Notes under the pieces: model-generated
Database searches by the model: none
Seen by the model: only the letters and a program-made list of their open reading frames with translations
What the model was told of the DNA's origin: nothing
In this document: positions 1 to 8,534 of the stretch, in pieces
Numbering within the stretch: position 1 is the first letter of the stretch
How the letters are laid out: every line of letters starts with the position of its first letter
IMG/VR virus record: IMGVR_UViG_3300031228_000005
Location: 1 to 62,091 of that record
Direction: 5' to 3' (one strand)
Source of the DNA: a virus
Taxonomy: Duplodnaviria; Caudoviricetes
DNA length: 62,091 bases
Position numbers and translations under genes: made by a program

Positions 1-112
1 CTTGTGGCAGGTACCGAGCGTCTCTGCCCCCTTGAAACGGGGGAACAGCCAGCGCTCGATGTCGGTGGTGTTGGCCTCCTCCCACTCACCGTTGCCGCCA
101 TTGCTATCGATG
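1..112. repeat. Terminal direct repeat / circular overlap, copy 1 (matches 61980-62091)
   Basis: Identical to 61980-62091 except A100 vs G62079. The AAA ATPase ORF reads through the junction. Confidence 0.97.
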
Positions 113-186
113 AGGGCGAAGGCGTCCTCGATGTCAGCGCCGGTCGTGCTGCTCGTGGGGGTGGGACCGAATGGTGTGGTCGGCAT
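1..186 (-). CDS. N-terminal part of MoxR/CbbQ-type AAA+ ATPase (continues across junction into 61979-61116)
   Basis: ATG at 186 after AGAAAGTGAGAGG gives MPTTPFGPTPTSS...GTCHK, in frame with GKTTGHRGVHGETKTC of the 61116 ORF. Confidence 0.85.
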   Translation of the reverse strand, partial: MPTTPFGPTPTSSTTGADIEDAFALIDSNGGNGEWEEANTTDIERWLFPRFKGAETLGTCHK

Positions 187-240
187 GACCTCTCACTTTC
201 TGCACCGTTTCTGGAAACGTGTGCTGTGTTGGATACCCAC

Positions 241-250
241 AGTGTAACAC
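241..250 (-). promoter_or_regulatory. Extended -10 promoter (TGtTACACT) upstream of AAA ATPase
   Basis: GTGTTACACT on - strand; the same 10-mer recurs at 51982 and 55902 upstream of other - strand genes. Confidence 0.6.
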
Positions 251-270
251 ATCATGGGTCAGGTGATGAT

Positions 271-349
271 GAGCCGGGTGACTCACACAGTGCTAGGCCT
301 AGCACTCGGGGGGTAGTGCTCGGCCTAGCACCATGCGTTACATCCGGGG
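271..349. repeat. Imperfect ~75-bp intergenic direct repeat, copy 1 (copy 2 at 4155-4227)
   Basis: Shared GAGCCGGRTGACTCACACRGTGCTAGGYCTAGCAC ... CCTAGCACCATGCGTTACATCCGGGG. Confidence 0.85.
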
Positions 350-354
350 GTGGT

Positions 355-1119
355 TCAGTAGCCCTCCTCCTTCACTACCTCGGTCGGCTGACCGGGAGTG
401 GTGAGCGGAGTCGGGGTGTTTCCAGAAACCGGCACGGTCCTGCATCGCTTGTGCCCGTTCTCGGTCGACGTGGACTTGCCGTCCGGGCCGTTGATCACGG
501 TGACCAGAGCGTTGCCGACACAGCGCACGGTCTTGGTGCTCTGTGCTCCCTCGGTCTCGATCTCCTCGGGGATCAGGACGAACGTGGACTCACCCTCCGT
601 GGTGCCGGTCGGCGTGACGGTCGGCTCCTCGGCCACAGTCGGCGTCGGCTCCATGGGTACGGTCGGAGGAAGGGTCTTGGTCGGGCTGTCCGTGGGGTCC
701 TCCGTGGGGTCCTCCGTGGGGTCCTCAGTGGGGTCCTCGGTGGGTGCCACACAGTTCGGCGGGACACCCGTCGTACCTTCGGGGCAGACCTCCGACTCAG
801 CCTCGATCAGCGTGATGGTGTAGTGGCTGATGTCCTTACCGGACGGGTGACTGAACGTGATGGACGACACGGGGTCGACGTCCACGTAGTGGGGCCCGTC
901 GCCCTGGTTGGCGCTGCCAGCCTTGACGCAGTACCCCACGATGAGCAGCCCATCGGGCGCGTTGTAGGTGTGCGTCGGGCCGACAGCGTCGAACTGGTGA
1001 TCGCTCTGCGGCTGACAGACACCGTCGTTGGTGGTCAGGCTGACCGTGGCGTACACCACGGTCGGGCCGACGAGGGCCGTGAGGAAGGCCGCGATGAACG
1101 CGACGATCAGGGTCTTCAT
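355..1119 (-). CDS. Secreted Pro/Thr-rich protein with PTED repeats
   Basis: Signal-peptide-like N-terminus, Cys-containing domain (YCVKAGS...ISHY), (PTED)4 tandem repeat, RBS GAAAGGA. Confidence 0.85.
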   Translation of the reverse strand: MKTLIVAFIAAFLTALVGPTVVYATVSLTTNDGVCQPQSDHQFDAVGPTHTYNAPDGLLIVGYCVKAGSANQGDGPHYVDVDPVSSITFSHPSGKDISHYTITLIEAESEVCPEGTTGVPPNCVAPTEDPTEDPTEDPTEDPTDSPTKTLPPTVPMEPTPTVAEEPTVTPTGTTEGESTFVLIPEEIETEGAQSTKTVRCVGNALVTVINGPDGKSTSTENGHKRCRTVPVSGNTPTPLTTPGQPTEVVKEEGY

Positions 1120-1158
1120 GGATGTGTCCTTTCGATTGGAGCCGGGCGGCTCAGGCAG

Positions 1159-1212
1159 AGAGCCCCGGTGCTAGGCGTAGCACGACTTGCACACCTAGCG
1201 TACCGGGGCTCT
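1159..1212 (-). terminator. Hairpin (terminator-like) containing a GTGCTA palindrome
   Basis: AGAGCCCCGGTGCTAGG ... CCTAGCGTACCGGGGCTCT between two - strand genes. Confidence 0.5.
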
Positions 1213-1229
1213 CACCTGTTCAGCCCGGA

Positions 1230-2069
1230 TCAGGCCTTGGCGGGCCGACGAACCGGGACGGCCCGGCGCACCGGCTTGGCGGCGACGGCCTGCTCGACAC
1301 CCTCGACCGCGCTCTCGACGGTCTCCTCGACCGACGCAGCCTTGACCGGCTTGGCCTTGGTGGTCGGCTTGGCCTTGGTCGCACCGGACTTCGGCGCGGG
1401 CTTGGCCTTGGTCGCGGAGGCGGTGGCCTTCTTCACCGTCTTCGGCTTGGCCGGTGCCTTCGGCGCGGGCTTCGGCTTCTTGGCCTGCACCCGAGCGGCG
1501 ACCTCCGTGGCGATGGCTCGCATGAACGCACGGTGCGCGGCCTCGTTGTCCTTGCCGAGCGAGTCGAGGATGGCGACGACCGCGCCGTCGATGCCCTTGG
1601 ACAGGAGCAGCAGGGCAGCCGACTCCGGGGTGCCCGCCGTCTTCGGCGCGGTGATGGACTCGACGGCCTTGTCAGCCGCGTCGTCCTCCTCGGCTTGCGC
1701 CTTGATCGTCTTGGTCAGGCGGGTCGCCTCGGCGTAGGCCTTGCTCAGGTTCGGGAAGGACGAGAGCACGAGCCCGTTGTTGCGCACGGCCACCGCGACG
1801 GTCTTGATCTTCGAGGCGTCGCCCTTGCGGGAGGTCCCGAGGATCGAGAGCACGGTGTTGTAGAACGACTCGCCGCTCACGTCGGTCGAGGACTCGGGCA
1901 GCCACTCCTCGATGCCGGTCACGGCACCCGACCAGAGCAGGTTGGATGCCTGCTTGCGGGCCTTGGTCGAGCGGTCGAGCAGGGTGGCGCTCTTGTTGAG
2001 GCTGTCCTGCCACGAGCCCTTCTCGAACGTGACGGGGGTGGTCTCGGTGGTGCTGTCGGTGTTCGACAT
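1230..2069 (-). CDS. Hypothetical protein with histone H1/HupB-like Lys-Ala-Pro C-terminal tail
   Basis: ATG 2069 with AGAAAGG RBS; tail KKPKPAPKAPAKPKTVKKATASATKAKPAPK. Confidence 0.85.
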   Translation of the reverse strand: MSNTDSTTETTPVTFEKGSWQDSLNKSATLLDRSTKARKQASNLLWSGAVTGIEEWLPESSTDVSGESFYNTVLSILGTSRKGDASKIKTVAVAVRNNGLVLSSFPNLSKAYAEATRLTKTIKAQAEEDDAADKAVESITAPKTAGTPESAALLLLSKGIDGAVVAILDSLGKDNEAAHRAFMRAIATEVAARVQAKKPKPAPKAPAKPKTVKKATASATKAKPAPKSGATKAKPTTKAKPVKAASVEETVESAVEGVEQAVAAKPVRRAVPVRRPAKA

Positions 2070-2430
2070 GGTGTGAACCTTTCTTGTTTCCGGAAACCGG
2101 GCGGTCCGGTTGTCTCGGGTTGGAGCCGAGTGGCCCAGTGAGGGGCTGGTGCTGGTGATCCAGCGCCAGCCCCTCAAGTGCGACTCGACCTACGGATACC
2201 GTATAACACTATGTGGCGCAGCGCAATACCTATCCGTGGTTGGGTTTGAGACGGTCCTTCTCACGAGCGTCGGCGCTCGCCGTGGTGTGGAGTTGAGCGA
2301 GCAGGGTGGCCGTCGTCGGCTCAGGTAGCCCTGCGCTATCAGTGCTAGGGCTAGCACCACAGCACCCGTCCTCATCGACATCACCGGACACCGAGACAGC
2401 GTCGGTGCCTGTGCCGTGCCAGTGCACGGC

Positions 2431-2562
2431 TCAGTCCTCTATGTAGTGGAGAGTCGCGCAGGACAGGGAGCAGAAGTTCACCGACGGCCCCTTGTGCTCG
2501 TGGACGGTGACGTAGGGGTCCTTCGTGGGCCTGAACCCCCGCTGGCACTCCGCGCAGATCAT
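2431..2562 (-). CDS. Small zinc-finger (TRASH-like) protein, 43 aa
   Basis: Read manually: MICAECQRGF...NFCSLSCATLHYIED; ATGA overlap with upstream gene. Confidence 0.65.
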   Translation of the reverse strand: MICAECQRGFRPTKDPYVTVHEHKGPSVNFCSLSCATLHYIED

Positions 2563-2894
2563 CGTGCACTCTCACGTGGGATCAGGTACAGGTTGCCCTG
2601 ATGCTTGGTCGTGGTCAGGCTGAACTTCTGCTCGACCACGTGCCAGCCTCGGCCCTCGGTGTACCACGCGATCGGCGTGGCGTAGGACCAGACGACGTAG
2701 GTGATACCGCCGCAGTCCTGTCGGAATCTGTCCTCGTCGGGACCTCGCAACCGGCCCGAGTCCCAGTAGCCGAGCCCGCCATCGGGCAGCACCCGACCGG
2801 ACAGGGAACCGCTGGTCGTGAACGCCTTGCGGTCGCGGATGTGCTCGGCGGTGCGGATGCTTCGGGTGGTGAGGCGGGGGATCGTGGTAGTCAT
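2559..2894 (-). CDS. Hypothetical protein
   Basis: ORF with AAGGAG RBS; VVWSYATPIAW segment. Confidence 0.75.
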   Translation of the reverse strand: MTTTIPRLTTRSIRTAEHIRDRKAFTTSGSLSGRVLPDGGLGYWDSGRLRGPDEDRFRQDCGGITYVVWSYATPIAWYTEGRGWHVVEQKFSLTTTKHQGNLYLIPRESAR

Positions 2895-2897
2895 GGC

Positions 2898-3701
2898 TCA
2901 GAACTCCTTCGTGTAGGTCATGGTCACAGCGAGCGTGTCGTAGCGCACGGACTCGGGCAGGTGCTCCATCGTGTCCTGCTCAACGGCAGCGGTAGCCAGT
3001 GCGGCCACGGCCACGGCAAGGTTGGCCCCCCGGTACATCCTGATCGCAACGGGAGGGTTGCTCAGGTCGCGAGACTGGATCGTCTGCGTCACGGTGTAGA
3101 TCATGCTTGTCCTTCTTCCTATCGGATGGTCGATCATGTGCTCAGCGGGGAACTCGGTTTCCGGAAACATCTCCACGAGCACGGCATCGGCGTTGTCCTC
3201 GCCGTACCACTCCTCGCACACGTCGTCGGCGGGAATCCAGTTGTTCTCGGTGTCCGGCAGGGCGTAGTCCCGGTACTCCTCGACCTCGCAGCGGTAGATG
3301 TCACCGTTCCACACGGCCTCAATCTCCCGTCGCCAGTCACCAGACGGGTCGCCGTCCCACGACAGCACGTAGAAGTCGGTGCCCCGGTCGAGCGAGACAT
3401 GGATGAAGTCCGCATCAGGGTTCTCCGTGAGCCGGACGGCCAGCCGCTTCATCGCACCCTCGGAACCGGGCAGGTTGTCCTGCTCCGTGGAGTAGGCCAC
3501 GGTGGCACGGCGTCCGTCCTCCTCGTCGCACCAGTCAGCGGAGCGGAGTCCTCGGAAGCCCTCGTCGTAGAAGGCGACGATGTCGGTGCCGTCCCAGTAG
3601 TAGCCCCACGAGTCGGAGTTGCCGACGTTATACATCCGGCCTCGGGTGATGATGGTGTGCCCGTTCACGTCGGTCACGGTGCTGTAGCGCCAGTCGTTCA
3701 T
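2898..3701 (-). CDS. Hypothetical acidic protein (possible internal start at 3104)
   Basis: 267-aa ORF with RBS; second RBS AGAAGGA before in-frame MIYTV. Confidence 0.7.
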   Translation of the reverse strand: MNDWRYSTVTDVNGHTIITRGRMYNVGNSDSWGYYWDGTDIVAFYDEGFRGLRSADWCDEEDGRRATVAYSTEQDNLPGSEGAMKRLAVRLTENPDADFIHVSLDRGTDFYVLSWDGDPSGDWRREIEAVWNGDIYRCEVEEYRDYALPDTENNWIPADDVCEEWYGEDNADAVLVEMFPETEFPAEHMIDHPIGRRTSMIYTVTQTIQSRDLSNPPVAIRMYRGANLAVAVAALATAAVEQDTMEHLPESVRYDTLAVTMTYTKEF

Positions 3702-3816
3702 GGCTGTACCTATCTTCCTGTTGGAGTGGATCGAGACTGTGCAGCCTCACCCGACACACGGTGCTGTACCTACACGTGCTAGGGGCTAGCACCATGTGAC
3801 GGAGCGGAGCACAGGG

Positions 3817-4116
3817 TCAGCGTGCGTACCAGAACACGGTCTTGCAGATCCGGTTCGGCAGTCGGTCCCAGCGGGCACAGGCCCGGTAGTTCGGGTAGCG
3901 CCACGCCGAGCCGTCGTTCAGTTCGAAGTAGTGGCGCGAGTGGAAGCGGTCGGAGGGGATCGGCTCGGCGTACGTCACCTGTAGACCGTGGATCACCTCG
4001 CGGTCGGGGCCCTCGATCAGTCCAGCGTCGGCCCTCTCGGACACGGCCAGCATCCCGAGCGTGACGATGAACAGGATCAGGAACGCGATGAGCGGGTGGA
4101 GGTGGTTCTTCTGCAT
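3817..4116 (-). CDS. Small secreted/membrane protein
   Basis: MQKNHLHPLIAFLILFIVTLGMLAVSERADAG: hydrophobic segment plus AxA site. Confidence 0.7.
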   Translation of the reverse strand: MQKNHLHPLIAFLILFIVTLGMLAVSERADAGLIEGPDREVIHGLQVTYAEPIPSDRFHSRHYFELNDGSAWRYPNYRACARWDRLPNRICKTVFWYAR

Positions 4117-4154
4117 GGGGGTTCTCCCTGAGGTTTCTGGAAACGGTTGGAATG

Positions 4155-4227
4155 GAGCCGGATGACTCACACGGTGCTAGGTCTAGCACGCAGCACTGGA
4201 CCTAGCACCATGCGTTACATCCGGGGG
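4155..4227. repeat. Imperfect intergenic direct repeat, copy 2
   Basis: Matches 271-349. Confidence 0.85.
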
Positions 4228-4590
4228 TCAGTCGAAGTTCTCGACCTGCGTGACGTCAAGCCACCAGTCAGCGTTGGCGTGGGTGCCATCGCGTCCTCGG
4301 GTGTCGGCCCGGAGCGTCATCCGGTAGCCGACAGCACCGGGTGAGGTGATGCCGTACTTGGCCGAGTCCCCGACGTGGGTGCCCGACGTGCGGACCACGA
4401 AGTCGAACGTCATCTCACCCTTGACGTTCTCGCGGAGCCACGTGCTGTCGTGGAACAGGTCGGAGTGGTACTCCTTGACCACGGGCAGGGACAGTTCGAC
4501 CATGACGCCGAACGTCCGGGCGAGGATTGCCGTGCTCAGGTCCTCGAACGTGCCCCAGCCGACGAGGCGGTGCTTGGTGGTGTTGGACAT
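4228..4590 (-). CDS. Hypothetical protein
   Basis: ORF from MSNTTKH with GC3-rich codons. Confidence 0.7.
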   Translation of the reverse strand: MSNTTKHRLVGWGTFEDLSTAILARTFGVMVELSLPVVKEYHSDLFHDSTWLRENVKGEMTFDFVVRTSGTHVGDSAKYGITSPGAVGYRMTLRADTRGRDGTHANADWWLDVTQVENFD

Positions 4591-4989
4591 GGGTCTCTCG
4601 CTATCTGGTGCTAGTGCTAGCACCTGTTGGATGGGTGGAGCAGGGTCAGTTCAGGTCGAGCAGGGAGATCGCGTCGGGGTGCATGAGGTACATCTCCATG
4701 CACGCCAGCCCGATCACACACAGGATGTAGACGAACAGGTTGACCAGCATCTTGTGCCGGATCTTCATGTCATGCCTTTCTCTCGGGTGCCGGGTGAGCC
4801 AGCAGCCACGTCGTCAGATCGTTGGTGGGCTCTCGGGTGCTAGGCGTAGCACCGAACAGAACCACCCGGAGCACGCGGGTCAGCATGGCGACACCGAGGA
4901 GCAGCCAGCCCACTCGATCATGCTGAGCACGATGAGCGCCCAGACAGCGAGGCAGAACAGGATGGCGAGGAGCCAGAACAGTCGCGGGC

Positions 4990-5262
4990 TCATCGGCGTG
5001 CCTTCTCGGACGGCCCGCCGCAACCTACGCAGCGGTCTCCCGGTGAGCCGGACCAGCCCTTGACGCGACAGCCCTTGCTCGGGCACGTGAGCAGGATCGG
5101 CCTGACCACGTGCCGAGCCTCGATCGTGTAGTCCTCGGGGTCATGCCGGGGGCACGCTTCCTCGACGCACATCTGGTCATGGCTGAAGCGCGTGTCGGTG
5201 CAACGGGCCAGTGGCGCACTGTCAATGCGTCGTGGTGCACGGTGCTGTGGTGTGCGGTTCAT
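4990..5262 (-). CDS. Small Cys/His-rich protein
   Basis: Several Cys pairs; overlaps adjacent small genes. Confidence 0.55.
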   Translation of the reverse strand: MNRTPQHRAPRRIDSAPLARCTDTRFSHDQMCVEEACPRHDPEDYTIEARHVVRPILLTCPSKGCRVKGWSGSPGDRCVGCGGPSEKARR

Positions 5263-5523
5263 CTACTTCACGGTCCTCTCAGGTTGTCTACTGGGTTTCT
5301 GGAAACCTCTACCGGTTGGTCGAGGGTCGATCGGAGTACGGCCTGCAACGGGGGCACCGGCAGTACGGGCCGTTGTGCTTCACGTTATCCAGCACGGTGC
5401 TATCACCTAGCACCGGAGGCATGGGCCTCTCGTCAAGGGGCCGCTCACCGAACGCGAGCATGAACAGGTACGCGCTCACGTCGTCGGCCCACTCCTGCAC
5501 CTCCGAGGCGGTGATCTTCCTGC

Positions 5524-5790
5524 TCATGACTTCTGCCCCCTCTCGTCGCGCTTGATGATCAGGTGCCGCAGGTATCCCGCGATTCGCTTCCCGCCGTCCG
5601 GTCCTTTCGCGACAGCCTCGGCGTCGAGCCGGTCCCACACCTCGACCGGCAGGCTGATGGTGAGTTTGCGCTGCGCGGTGCGGGGGCCTCCGTTGCGCTT
5701 GGCCCGAGAGGCGGCATCGCAGGCACGGCAGAGGTTCGAGTTCGCGCGGGTCGGCTCCTTGTCCTTGCCGCACTTCTTGCATGTTGTCAT
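5524..5790 (-). CDS. Zinc-finger + ribbon-helix-helix DNA-binding protein
   Basis: CKKC...CRAC followed by RKLTISLPVEVWDRLDAEA...IAGYLRHLI (RHH pattern). Confidence 0.75.
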   Translation of the reverse strand: MTTCKKCGKDKEPTRANSNLCRACDAASRAKRNGGPRTAQRKLTISLPVEVWDRLDAEAVAKGPDGGKRIAGYLRHLIIKRDERGQKS

Positions 5791-5887
5791 GCGGGTGGTT
5801 CCCTTCCTGTTGTGGTGCTAGGGCTAGCACTGTGACACAGCATACACGGGGCAGACCTGTGCGCACGGTGTTCGGCATACAAGCATG

Positions 5888-6200
5888 TGCTAGACTGTCT
5901 TACGCCAGTTCACCCCGACAGGGCATGAACGTGAGCCACGCTTCCCAGTGGAGTCGGCGGGGAGCCCGTAGCCCTTGCGGAGGGGGGTCCTCGCCCGAAC
6001 GCAACGTTGGGGAAGCCGGGCGACAAACGTCCGACTAGCCGGGACGGTCATGTCTCAAGCAATCTGATCAGGTGCTACGGCTAGCACTGGTGGATCGGAG
6101 TCTTGACAGATAGGTGTAGCCTCGGGTCGCAAAGAGCCAGCGAAGCGGTGAGCGAATCAGACCCGCACTGGTGGAGCGGAGTCCCGGAGCACTGACCGAA
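5888..6200 (+). ncRNA. Candidate structured non-coding RNA with extended -10 promoter
   Basis: TGcTAGACT at 5888-5896; nested helices found by eye; no convincing ORF. Confidence 0.4.
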
Positions 6201-6989
6201 TCAACTGCCTTGGGCTCGACCCCCCTCTACTGACTCCTGTTTCTGGAAACCACCGCAAGCCGTGACACGCCATAGACGTACGGCTTGAACGGCATCGCGT
6301 ATCGGCCCTCTTGTGTCACAGTCACCCGTAGGGATTGCTGGACGGTAGGTGTGTACGCCGCCGATCCGGTGCTCATCGGGACAGATCCCGCGCTCATCGC
6401 TGTGATCCCACCGTCTGGTCCCACTTCGGGTCGGTGAAGAAGTACGGGCTAGCCGCCCACGCCGACACCCTGCCGGTGCTGTCGCGCTGCATGGACGTGA
6501 GCGGTGCCGCAGTCGTACGCCGGACCGGACCGGTTGTGATCTGTGCCGTGTGAGGACGGAGCATCGGCACGTCGTTCGGCGTGCTACGGCTAGCACGGGC
6601 GGCAATGACGGAGCGGTTGTGAGACTTCCGCATCAGAGCACACCACCGATCGACAGGGCGATGATGGTTCCGTAGATGCCGGACAGAATCCCGATGACCA
6701 GACCGATCAGCAGGGCGAGGGTCTCGTCGCTCATCGTCCCCACCCGTTGCCCGAGTGGTAGCGCTCGGCGGAAGTCTGGTGCGGGATGCTGTCGGTCGCG
6801 TGCCTTGCCATGTTGTCGGCGTAGGCCGGAGCGTCATGCCTTGGGCAGACGCGGGTCTGCGGCTTGCACTCGCAGCCTGCCTGCGATGCCGGGTCGGTGT
6901 GCGATGCGTGGATGTGAGTGATGCGCTGGCGCTTGCCCATGACGGAGCCTTCCTGTCGGTTTCTGGAAACGGGGAGCCGGACGGCTCAC

Positions 6990-7026
6990 CATGAGCACCG
7001 TGCTAACCACTAGCACGGTGCTCATG
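6990..7026. repeat. Perfect 16-bp inverted repeat centred on GTGCTA palindrome
   Basis: CATGAGCACCGTGCTA-ACCAC-TAGCACGGTGCTCATG. Confidence 0.9.
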
Positions 7027-7039
7027 AGCGGAGTCCGGA

Positions 7040-7492
7040 TCAGGACAGCAGAGCGTCAACGTGCGACTGAACCGCCTTGAGGATGTCGGCCGCGTTCAAC
7101 TCGTGGTTGACACCGTTGTCGACAGCCTTGAGGACAGCGGCGAGGTAGTCGACGGTCTTGTCCTCGGACTCCGAGGGATTGGCCCGCTTGACCGCGTTGA
7201 CCAGACCGATGCGGACCGCGCGAGCCGCCTTCCAATAGGCACGGTGCGAAGCGTCGGCGCCCGGGTCGCGCCCGGTGAGCATGTCGGCGGTCACGGTCTT
7301 GCCGGTCGCGGTACCGTCGTTGTTGGCGCCGTCGACCACGATGGCCCGTGCGACCTCCGTCATGCGCTCGGACTCCGTGTCCGGGGTGAGGTTGGCGAAC
7401 GCGGCGAGCGCGTCATAGGTGGATTCCATGCGACCGCTCTTGCGCTCGTGATTGACGACAGCGACAGACGCGGCGATGTAGTTGAAAGACAT
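7040..7492 (-). CDS. Hypothetical protein, first gene of leftward arm
   Basis: Strong RBS TAAGGAGA before MSFNYIAA. Confidence 0.8.
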   Translation of the reverse strand: MSFNYIAASVAVVNHERKSGRMESTYDALAAFANLTPDTESERMTEVARAIVVDGANNDGTATGKTVTADMLTGRDPGADASHRAYWKAARAVRIGLVNAVKRANPSESEDKTVDYLAAVLKAVDNGVNHELNAADILKAVQSHVDALLS

Positions 7493-7537
7493 GGTGATTC
7501 TCCTTATTAGGTGTGGTGCTAGTGGATTAGCACTCAA

Positions 7538-8530
7538 GTGGTTCGGACCCCGTTGGCCCGAACCACTAGAGCACTAGGCGAGACTGTCACTCTCGCCCGG
7601 TCACTCTGCTAGGGATGGCTACCGTTCGCGTACCGGGTCAAGTTCCGCCCGTCCGTTCCGCTATTAGGTTTCCGCCAGATGTTTCACGTTCCCTGCCCTA
7701 GCCCTTCCTTGATCCTTGCCTGTCGAGTCACGATGTGCGCCCGTTGCTAGCGGGCGACCGCTCTTACTTTCCGTTGTTCGGGCACGAGAGGAGCGCCCGC
7801 CATGGTCTGCCATGGTCTGCACTGTTGAGTTATCACGGCCTAGCGCGGCAGCCCTTGACGCTGCGTCGCTCCGATCCCGCCCGTAGGCGAGGCTTCCCGC
7901 GTTGCACGCGGGGTCCGGCTCCTTCCTGTCTGCGACTGGGGGCCGCTCCCGGTGACCCCGCTTGATCCGGGGCCACTGGTGAGAACACTACCCCCCGGTG
8001 CCCACTCGCGCCACCCGCGTTCAGGTACATGGAGTAACGAACTCTGGATGACTGCATTGGCCTTGTTTCCAGAAACCAAGGTGTGACACAGTATGGGGTC
8101 AAGGTGTGTTACAATTGAGGTGGCACACCACTACTCAGAATTGGGGAGACCCCCACCGTTTCCAGAAACATCTGGACAACAGGCCCCCACAAGCGCACAC
8201 TGGCTGTATGAGTGACCGGCTGCACGACCACCTGACCCTCGGCTTTCGCCGTGGGTGTGTGGCCTGCGCCCAACTAGAGGCGGACCTCGCGCTGGCGCAG
8301 CGGGCAGCGCACGCACATCAGTGACAAACCCCTGCTGTCTAGTTCTTCCGCCCGCATCACGTTGTGGTACCGTATACGTACCGAAAGGGGCGCGAGGCCA
8401 GCGCGACAAGTCTGGGTGAGCCAAGGGGTGGGGAAGCCCCGTGAGCCTTGCAATCCCGGCCCCGAGTAGGTTGCTGCGGCTACCCTCCCGACATGCTGTG
8501 TTACCGTACACGGCAAGATGAGGAGGTGGG
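7538..8530. other. ~1-kb divergent control region between the two arms, hairpin rich
   Basis: No credible long ORF; many hairpins; two 12-bp motifs (8065, 8158); TGtTACAAT at ~8106 and TGtTACCGT at 8499-8507. Confidence 0.7.
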
Positions 8531-8534
8531 TGAT

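Larger units (their letters stand above)
290..7533. promoter_or_regulatory. Cluster of GTGCTA-N4-6-TAGCAC palindromes (putative operator)
   Basis: Copies at 290,316(1 mismatch),1168,2342,3776,4174,4608,4837,5397,5815,6072,6581,7000,7516; four more at 52314,56397,59536,60592. Confidence 0.85.

Noticed and set aside
207-218. TTCnnGAA eukaryotic heat-shock element inside the motif
   Set aside because: Irrelevant in an actinobacterial phage; coincidence.
4-1737. Long opposite-strand ORFs (also 15321-17741, 20158-22002, 55854-57872)
   Set aside because: Shadow ORFs of GC3-rich genes, with no motifs or RBS.
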